A stretch of DNA of 64,000 nt from Camelus ferus. Taxonomy: Eukaryota. The position numbers were made by a program, and so were the translations under genes. This document shows, piece by piece, positions 13,356 to 22,015 of the stretch (positions are counted from its first letter, which is position 1; each line of letters opens with the position of its first letter). The notes under the pieces were generated by a model. The model saw only the letters and a list, made by a program, of their open reading frames with translations. It made no database searches and was not told where the DNA came from. The DNA is taken from positions 118,298,001-118,362,000 of the forward strand of contig NC_045696.1 of the NCBI RefSeq assembly GCF_009834535.1, in the 5' to 3' direction.

Positions 13356-13452
13356 ATGTATCCTTCCTTATCTGAAACAAGACATCCTCTGGAGCCAGAG
13401 GAACAAGAAGTGGGCATCGACCCCTTGTCCAGTGACTCCAGCAAGCCGGGAG
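13356..13452 (+). CDS. TBC1D5: TBC1 domain family member 5, first coding exon (coding part; 32 codons + 1 nt, phase-1 intron follows)
   Basis: Translation MYPSLSETRHPLEPEEQEVGIDPLSSDSSKPG closely matches the remembered human TBC1D5 N-terminus (MYHSLSETRHPLQPEEQEVGIDPLSSYSNKSG). ATG at 13356 has A at -3, and a consensus donor GAG|GTGAGT follows 13452. Confidence 0.93.
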
Positions 13453-16400
13453 GTGAGTTTTGTACACAGATACCTTCTGCAGCCCTGGGGAGCCTGGCAG
13501 AGGGTCTCCAGCCAGCCCTGCCTGCCGTGGGTGTCCTTCTCTAGGTTGAGATGAGCAGGGCAGCTTTGAGGACTTCTCCTCGGGTGGACGTCCAGCGCTC
13601 TGACGCTGATGAACACCACAAAACGGTGACTTCTAATTATGGAAACACACTACCGATAGCCAAATGTTTAATGTACTGTCATTCTTTTAAAAAAAGCATA
13701 AACAGTTTATTACTTCAGCATAAGGATGTTGAAATGCAAAATGGCCTTTGTACATCTTTTAAAGAAGTCCAAGCTTTTGGTGTTAGGGATTTTTTTTTCC
13801 TTTCAGCAAACTGAGATAATTACAGGACAAAAGACTTGTCTGATATCCTTTTTTTAAATAATTGAAATTTGTGTTACTGTACTTTTAAAGATCTATGCAT
13901 TGAATTTGTTAAAAGACAGACTGTATTCTGGGTCTACCCTATAAAAATGTATTAAATGTGTGTGTATTCAGAACTCTGTATTTGTTTCTCAGTATTAGTA
14001 ATAGCATAGTATCTTAGAAGGAAACAGTGAGTTCGTGAGAATTATTGAAGCCTTACCTTGTTTTTAACTAATTCACTAAACATTTGATAAAGTTGATTCA
14101 TTGTCTCAAGTAACTGATTTTTCACTTATTAAATAAATACATGTATCAGGATTATAAGATTTATTTTTTTTTAAATAATAATTAGTCAAAGTCATTCACA
14201 TGTTTTATGTACTTCAAATACAGTATTTTTTTCCTTTATTGATGTAAAGGTCTGCCATTAACTCATGTTCTAGGAACTAAAAAAAAAATTGATTTCTTAA
14301 AGTAGCTATTTCCTTAGTACACAAGCCCTTGAGTTTATGGAGTGTGTTTGTCTTTTCTGCATCTTTTAATACCTTCCACATCATACAGATGCCATTGTTG
14401 GTTTTAATGAAAATAGTATGCAACTTATTTTTATGATTTTTATTTTTATATTTGCTTTTATTTAGACTGCTGTGTAAGGTTTTGATAATATGAAAAAATT
14501 AGTGTCCAATTTCAATTTTAAGCATTTAAAAAAATTCAGTGGTAACAATAATACTGTCTTCCCTAGTGATGTTTTTTCTTAAATATAATATCTGTAAGAA
14601 GTACTTATAATTAAATAGGTCAAATTAATTTATAAGCACTTCTGTAAGTAGATATTGTAAAAGTGAATATATTTTTGTGTTAATATTTTCACCAGAATTT
14701 TCTAGTCTGTGTGCTTATTTCAGAACATAGGGTTGGTTTTTTGTCTTTTTTTTTTTTCCCCTTAAGTGCATATTTTACTGTGGTCTAGTCATTAAATATT
14801 GAGGTTCTTTTTTTTTTTTAATTGGTTAAAAAACATTTTAAATTAATTTTATCTTTTATTGTTTGCAGGAATGAGTAGTTACCTTTACTGAAAAGGCTTT
14901 TCGTTTATATCCTAGCCAACATTTCTGTGACATACAAAGTTATTAAGACTGAATTGATGTTTAAAAGTGCCATTAATTCATTTACCCCAAATGTTCATTA
15001 ACAATGTAAATGTATGCTGATGTTCTATGAGACAAGGAAGTGACTAATGACTCTTCCAACTAACAACACTTAAAATGAATAGAAACTTTAGATAGCTAAT
15101 CTTGAAGTAATCAAGACCCTCATTCAGCTTGGCATCTCTGTATGCTCTAAAACAGCTGTCAACTGTTAAAAATATATACAAAACACACATACGCACACGC
15201 ACATGCAGAAAGAAGGATATGTAAATATCTAGTTCTTCAAAGCCATAAAGGTTACTAACCGTAGTGGGTTTTATGCATTGTATATGTAAATATTTTATAT
15301 AAAGCATCTATTTCATCTGAGATTTTCTTTGCAGAAAATCGTGTGTTGCATTTTAATGGGGTTGTCATATTTACTTGAAAAAATCATCACCTTTCTAGTA
15401 ATGGTTTGTTTATTTCAATATATGTCTTTGATGGGGTTCTGCACATATTTAAGGCCTTTTACCCATTTTTTCCCACAAGGGAATTTGTGGCAACTGGATG
15501 ACTCATTTTGTAAGAAGTCAAACACTGGACTTAATCAGTGGTTTCCCTGCGTGGAAGCCATGGTTTTTTGTTTGATTTTTAAAAAAAAAAAATCCCTGTT
15601 ATATATTTCATAAGTAAACAAATAGGTCTTTAATTTCTCAAATCTGTATTCTAACATTTATAGAAAAACAGTACATTACTGATTTAAATGATTCTGAGTA
15701 TTCTGGAAAGAATTAGCAAAAATAGCCACATAAGAGGAATATTAGAGAGAAAACTGCATATGATTGGTTTACTTTCATGGCTGGTTGAGGAAAGTAGGTG
15801 AGGGCAGAAAAAAAGAACTGTTTAGATATATATATTGTAAAATCTTAGGTCATATTTTCCATATGAATTAAACATTTAACAGCTTTATTTTTCAAATAGA
15901 AAACAGCATAGAAAGAATAACATTTCCTCTGTACTCTACTGAATTTGGTCACATACAAAAGTTACTGCCTTAAATTCCAAGATCTTTGATCAAAAGCTGT
16001 TAATTAATATTTGACACATTACTTGTAATTCAATTGAAGCCATAAAAAAAGTAAAACTGTTTGTTCAACTATTCATTATTATTCACTCATAGCACGGAAC
16101 TTTTAATGATTTAATTAAATGAAAAAGTAATCATTTTATTTTAAACTGAAAACAAGATTTAGGGAAACGTATCCTATTAATAAAGTAATAGCCTCAGAAT
16201 GACTAGTTGTTTCCCCAAGCTCATGAGAGATTGGAATGTTGCTCATGATGAAAGAATGTTTTCCTCTGTTAGGTATCTTTTGAGAATAGCATTTTGTTAC
16301 ATTTTGCCAGAGTTTTTAGCTTCAATTTTATATGACTTCTTACTTAAAGCTTTTATAGTATTCAGATAATTACTTGATGTAATGCCTTTTTGTATAATAC

Positions 16401-16531
16401 CTGTTTCAAAGCTTTCTTTTTAGATTCATGTATAAAATATTCAGTAACCTACTTTAAAAAAAAAATCCAAGACATTCAGAATATCCTACCTACTCTATTT
16501 TTTGCCTCTGGTAATTTTTATCCTCAAGCAA

Positions 16532-16621
16532 TCTCTCTGTCTCTCTGTCTCTGTCTCTGTCTCTGTCTCTGTCTTCCTTCCTTCCTTCCTTCCTTCCTTC
16601 CTTCCTTCCTTCCTTCCTTCC
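16532..16621. repeat. Compound microsatellite (TCTCTG)n-(TTCC)n
   Basis: Directly visible. Confidence 0.95.
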
Positions 16622-16782
16622 ATCCCTTTTATCGTATCATAGAGTTTTACAACTAGAAGGGAGTGCCTGGCTTTACTGATGAATAAATTGGTAATAATTA
16701 AATTAAGTAAACTAGTTTACTGAAACAATAAAACGATGTTGTCCTATTACGACGTTTAGTATTGTTTTCTGTATAGCAGAGG

Positions 16783-17475
16783 TGTTACAAACTCAGGCTT
16801 GGCTGATTGTGGCTCGAAAAGTCAACACTTGAGAGACAAGTACTGGTAGGAACGGAAAGGTTGCAAAGGCTGGCAAGTCTGGGGAGAAGGCAGACTCGTG
16901 TCCCAGAACCAACTTTAAAGAGTCTACTTGGTCTTGAAAGTTTCTAAACAGAAAAAAGAAGTAATCTCAGCTGATCATTGAGATGAGGAATCAGATGTGT
17001 CACCTTCTCCCACTGTGTGCAGGCTTGTCGACTCCTTGTGATCTTTCCTTAGACACTGTCTTGTTCACACAGTCTGTTCAGGAGATTACTGAGAGGAAAG
17101 GTAGGGAAGCGATCTAGTCATCTATTAATTACTTATTCTTCATTTCTATTTCTTTGATGTAAGGAAAGGACCAACGGGTTAGGCAAAGTATTGTGTGATC
17201 AAAAGATTTGAAAGGTGTGCTCGAGTCGGAGGTTAGTTAAAATATAGCTTTGCTAAAGTGACAAGACAAAAGTGCCTCCCTCTTTCCTGCAAAATGCTGC
17301 TTGTAGAAGTGGGTTTAGATGTGAGTAAAAGATGAGTTTGCTCTGCTAAAGATACCGGGCCAAGGTATAGGGTGCTGTCTGAGTCATCCTAATTACTTTT
17401 AAACCCTGCTCTTGGGTCTAATTAGCTGAAATCATCTTAGGGAGAAGGGAAAAAATCTTTTTTTCCTGGTTTACA
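16783..17475 (-). mobile_element. Solo ERV1-type LTR (about 693 bp), probably lineage-specific
   Basis: Minus strand reads TGTAAACCAGG...TTTGTAACA (TG...CA termini). The gagagacaag...ggagaaggcagactcgtgtcccagaacca segment resembles cetartiodactyl ERV1 LTRs. No internal ERV sequence. Confidence 0.7.
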
Positions 17476-17599
17476 GCTCTTTGGGGTTTTCCATGGCATT
17501 CTTGGTTGTAATGTTCATAGCTGCCTTCCTTGCTTAAATGTGTGAAGCCAGCTGTAAACTCTGGGCCTTCTCATCCTGCCATTGTTCTGACATTCTTCA

Positions 17600-17760
17600 T
17601 TCCTTCACGGTACTAACCCTCAAATGTAATCCTATATCAGTTTCATTGCTTATTGTTCGTCTTCTTGTCTATAATGTAAGCTTTGTGAGGGTTGGAACCA
17701 TTTGTATGCCTAGCGCCTGGCACATGGACTCCATCAATAAGTAATCAATGGATGAATGAA
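17600..17760 (+). mobile_element. L2 3' end
   Basis: tataatgtaagctttgtgaggg...cctagcgcctggcacatgg...tcaataag...gaatgaa. Confidence 0.75.
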
Positions 17761-18413
17761 CTGTGTTTTACCAGTTTGAGCTCCTCTCCTTACGTTAATC
17801 AGCAATTGCTGAATTTCCTCCATTTACCTATTCTCCTTCCTGTCTAAGTTGTTATGTATGAAATCTGTTTTATTGCCACTGACTATTCTAGTACTGGAAG
17901 TTTTCTTCTTTTAAGACTTTAAAATTCATTTCTTCCATGTTTTCTTTCCTTACGACCGTATTAGAATTTCCATAAGGACCAAGTGGAGATAGTTTTCTGT
18001 GAAAGAGTCATGTTATGATGCCCTCATTAACTGAGAGCACAGATCACTTAGCAAGGGAAAGCTAAGGAAATAGATGTTACTTGCCCCAGAAATTGGTGAC
18101 CATAGTATTGGAGCAGAGACTCAAGGATGTTTACAATTGATACAATGTTTTAGATACATAGTAAAAATTTAATGAAGGAAGTATTCTTAATTTCTGGTTT
18201 CTAAAACTTATTAATGTGATTTATAGCAAGTATTGTTTATTTTGCATACAAAACATTATGGAATCAGCGACCTAAAGTGGTATAGGCTTTTCTTAAGTGT
18301 ATAACTCTTTCCAAGTTTCTTGTCTTTGAAAAAATATTTGAACGCCTTCTATGTACCAGATATTGTTCTGAGTGCTGGAAATAAAACGTTGAAAAAGATA
18401 AACATAGTCCTGA

Positions 18414-18515
18414 GCAGGGGGGAGGGGGTGTAGCTCAGTGGTAGAGTGCATGCTCAGTCTGCACAAGGTCCTGGGTTCAATCCCCAGTACCTCTATCAAG
18501 AAAACAAACAAATAA
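18414..18515 (+). mobile_element. Camelid tRNA-Ala-derived SINE (vic-1 type)
   Basis: A box tagctcagtgg, B box ggttcaatccc and an A-rich tail. 16-bp TSD ataaacatag(t/c)cctga at 18398-18413 and 18516-18531. Confidence 0.9.
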
Positions 18516-18772
18516 ATAAACATAGCCCTGACTGACTTGTTGTTATGGTTAATAGCCAGGATTTGGGGGACCAGGCAGAGAAAAGTAAGTGGCTAGTTAA
18601 GATAAAGAGTAAGTGCTTCCCTGAAGAAATTAGTAGTGTGCTCAGGTAGTACATTGGGAGGGAATCTAACTTAAATGGGTGGTAGTAGTGGGTCAGGGAA
18701 GATGTGGTATCTATCTAAGCCACAACCAGAGGGACAAACAGCTGTTAGCCAGGTGACTGAGTGAACAGAGTA

Positions 18773-18932
18773 CAGTCATCCTTCAGTATCCACTTGGGAT
18801 TGGTTCCAGGATCCCCACTGGGTACCAATATCTGTGGATGCGCCAAGTCCCTTATATAAAATGGGAATTGAATTAGATCCGTGATTGGGTGGCTCCATGG
18901 ATGCAAAACCTTTGGCTACAGAGGGCTGATCA
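18773..18932 (+). mobile_element. Internally deleted MER2-like (Tigger family) MITE
   Basis: TA|cagtcatccttcagtatcc...ggattggttccagga...caagtcccttatataaaatgg joined to ...ggatgcaaaacc...gagggctga, i.e. the two ends of MER2. Confidence 0.8.
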
Positions 18933-20808
18933 TGTGTGCTATGAGCTTGCCCTTTGCTGAACATACAGAATTTCATTGTGGTCAGAGGCTAGAGTTTAAA
19001 GGAGGAATGGCCACAAATGAAAACCGAGATCATGAAGCCACATTATATAAGCACAGCGAGTAGTCCATTGAAGGAACCTTACGGCCAGAATTGTATTTAA
19101 GAAAGATTATCCTGGCTACCGTAAGGTAAATAAACTCTAGTGATAGAGCAAGACTGGAAGGTGAGTGATGAGTTAGGAAGCCATTGCAGTATTCTAGTTG
19201 AGAAGTCAGTGTCCTGTCCTGGAAAAGTCACAGTGCAAAGGAAGAGACGTGGAAACATTAGTAGGTGGATTGATAGTAGTTGATATTTGGAAGTTTGAAT
19301 TTTTTGGCAGGGACATTTGGGTATGGGGAGACGATAGCAGGGAGAAGTTTGAAGTGCCATCTAGGTTTTTCAGGTTTGTGAAAATGCCTGTATTGAGACT
19401 CGGAACTCTAGAGGAGGAACCTGACAGGGTGCAGGTGGGATGGGGGTGGCAGAGAAGATTGTTAAGTTCAGGTTCAGATGTGAGTTAGAAGTGCCTTAAG
19501 ACATTCAGATGAAGACATCCTGAAGGTTTTGATGTATGAGTCTGAAACTTAGTATATTGCATTAGGCTGGAGATAAAGATTTGTCTGCTTAAATGTGGCA
19601 GGAAAAACACTGTGAATGGTTGTGATCACCCAGTAACAGCACCTAGTGTGAGAAGAGGACCTAGGACCAGTCTTTGGGAAAGGCCAATTTAGAGACCTTG
19701 CAGCAGCAGAGGAGCTTGCAAAGGAGACTTAGAGTGACTAGAGAAGTAGAAGGAAAACCCAGAAAGTGTGAAGTCAGAGCAGCCAAGATGTCAAGGAGAC
19801 AGTGGGCTAAACTGCCAGAGGTCAGCCAAAAGTTTAAGAAAATAGAAGTGTGCACTGAGGAGTCACTGTGACTCTGACAAGCACAGTGCTTTATGTAATA
19901 TCAAGAATCCATAGTCTTGAGTACTGTGCGTTTCAAATAAACGAATCCTGTGCTCTCTACTAAAGTGGCATGAAGAATTGAAAGGAGAGTTATAGTAGTA
20001 CTTGAAAAAGTTGAAATCAGTGGAAGAGGAGTCCTTAGGTCTTGGTAGTTTGGAGTAGAAGCAATCTAGAGCCAAGACGGATGGATTTGGAGAAAGAACA
20101 AGAGAGGGTCTTATTTTAATTGCAATACTGGGAGAGAAGGAGAAAGGATGTTTAGGTGCAGTAAGTTCATTAGTTTGATAGCAGAGAGTTCAATGAAATA
20201 TAACTGATATTTTCATCTCTTTCTTGATATGTTAGGGTGAAGTAATTTGCTGCAGGTGAGTGAAAAGATGGAGGATTTGAAAATACGTGGAGAGTGACAA
20301 AGGTTAGATTGAGTTGATAAAGATTACATAACCATGGGGGTAAAGGTGAGAATAGACATCATAAATTATAGGTGATACAAGTTTGTGAATTTGTGGGATA
20401 TGTCCAGCAAAATTCATCCCCTGGGATTTAGACACAATGAGAAGACGGAGTGGTTTTGTCAGGGGCGTACAGCAGGTAGCAGGCAAGGAAGTCAATGGTG
20501 GAAGAATTCATTGATGGCTTGAGAATATAAGGAAGTTAAGTTCAGGTTATATCATAGAAGGGGGTTCTAAGAGGCAGAGTAGAAAGTTTTGGAAGGGACA
20601 GAGTCAGGGCAGATGAAATATAGAGTGGTGTGGTAACGAGAGTGGGATATGGGGTAACGGGTAAGGGGATATGGGAACAGTATACAAAAAGTGTTAAATA
20701 CACTAATTCAGTGGAATATTGTTTATTGGTAGCCAGTAAACCAGCTCAGTACCTTCATTAGTTCTGTGTAATGATTTACATTGATTTGGATAGGTTTTGG
20801 TTTAGAGT

Positions 20809-21171
20809 CTTTTTTTTTTTAAAGCAGATTTTAGATTCACAGTAAAAGTAAGAGGAAAGTGCAGATTCCTCATATGCCTTCTGTTCTCACTTACGCGACA
20901 CCTCCCCGTTCTCAGGGTCTCCCAGCAGAGTGGGATGAGGCTTCACACACACGTGGTGATCACCCAGGCTCCGTAGTCTGCATTAGGGCTCGCTCTTGGT
21001 GTTGGACACTCTGTGAGTTTAGACAAATACGTAACAACGTGTGTCCATCCGTATCGTATCGTACAGAGTGCTTTCACAAAGTTCTCTGTGCTCTGCCTAT
21101 TCCACCTTCCCTACCCCGTGCCCCTCAACCCCTGGCAGCAGCTGATCTTCTTACTGTCTGTGTAGTTTTGC
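20809..21171 (-). mobile_element. L1MC1-like LINE 3' end
   Basis: Poly-T then gcagattttagattcacagtaaaa...cattagggctcgctcttggtgttgg...caacccctggcagcagctgatc. Confidence 0.8.
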
Positions 21172-21405
21172 AAAAAAACATCATCTTAATGAAAAACCCT
21201 CTCTAGATAGCAAGGAAAACAGCAGTTTAGATGGATGAAAACCTGTAAGTAAGTCTGTGCAGTCATTATGGAAAACAGTAACTTTGTTGGAGATAAAGGT
21301 CGTTAAATAAATGGGAGAGTGACTTGGAAGTTCTAAATGACAGTAAAAATGATTTTTAAAAAGTGGGTGGTTTTTAAAATGTCTCCTTAAAAACAGGTTT
21401 TGTTA

Positions 21406-21568
21406 GAGGGAGGGTATAGCTCAGAAGTAGAGTGCATGCCTAGCAAGCATGAGGTCCTGGGTTCAGTCCCCAGTACCTCTGTTCGTAAATAAAAATAAAT
21501 AAACCTAATTACCTCACCGTGCCAAAAAAGTTTTAAAAAATAAAAATAAATAAAATTAAAAAAAAAAA
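21406..21568 (+). mobile_element. Camelid tRNA-Ala-derived SINE (vic-1 type, longer-tail variant)
   Basis: gagggagggtatagctcagaagtagagtgcatgcctagc...gtcctgggttcagtccccagtacctc, then aaataaacctaattacctc and a poly-A tail. Degenerate TSD (aaaaacaggttttgtta / aaaaaaagattttctta). Confidence 0.88.
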
Positions 21569-21639
21569 GATTTTCTTAAGTAGTGTGACACTAGGTAGAA
21601 GTGAAATCAGAGAGCTGTGAACATCGAGGAGCCCAGTTC

Positions 21640-22015
21640 CTCTAAATTAAGCTGTTTGAAAGAAAGCTGGAGATAAGAGACTTCAGTCTGAAAGTTAGAG
21701 ATCCCAAAGTCATCCTCAAGAGATATCTGTTCAAAGTATGAGACAGATAAGAATTCAAAGGAAGAGAAAAGAAAGAACTGAGGACTGATTTGATGGAATT
21801 CTCCATGATTAGAAATTGGATAGAGAGAGCAGTATTTTAGAAATATTGGAGAGCTAGTCAGAGTAGGGGAAAGACAGGGAGGGCCAAAATTATAGGAGCT
21901 GCAGATGTGAGAGCTTCCAGGAGGTCCAAAGTGGTCAGTGCTCCAGGATCACATAGGTTAAAGAGTATGAAAGGAGGAAATCTATGATTTGGTGAAGGAA
22001 AGAGTTTTAGTCATC
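21640..22015 (-). mobile_element. L2 fragment
   Basis: aggctggagataagaga...aagaactgaggactga... reverse L2 pattern, degenerate. Confidence 0.5.

Larger units (their letters stand above)
18330..20640 (-). mobile_element. Long decayed L2 LINE with nested SINE and MER2 insertions
   Basis: L2 3' terminus (aatatttgaacgccttctatgtaccag) continuing through attaggctggagataaagatttg and ccaagatgtcaaggag motifs. Confidence 0.7.

Noticed and set aside
13299..13544. 81-aa ORF as a single-exon gene
   Set aside because: It is the TBC1D5 exon frame extended into flanking intron on both sides; consensus splice sites delimit the real exon.
18424..18496. tRNA-Ala-like sequence as a functional tRNA gene
   Set aside because: Anticodon arm is altered, and it is followed by an A-rich tail and flanked by a 16-bp TSD, so it is a SINE.
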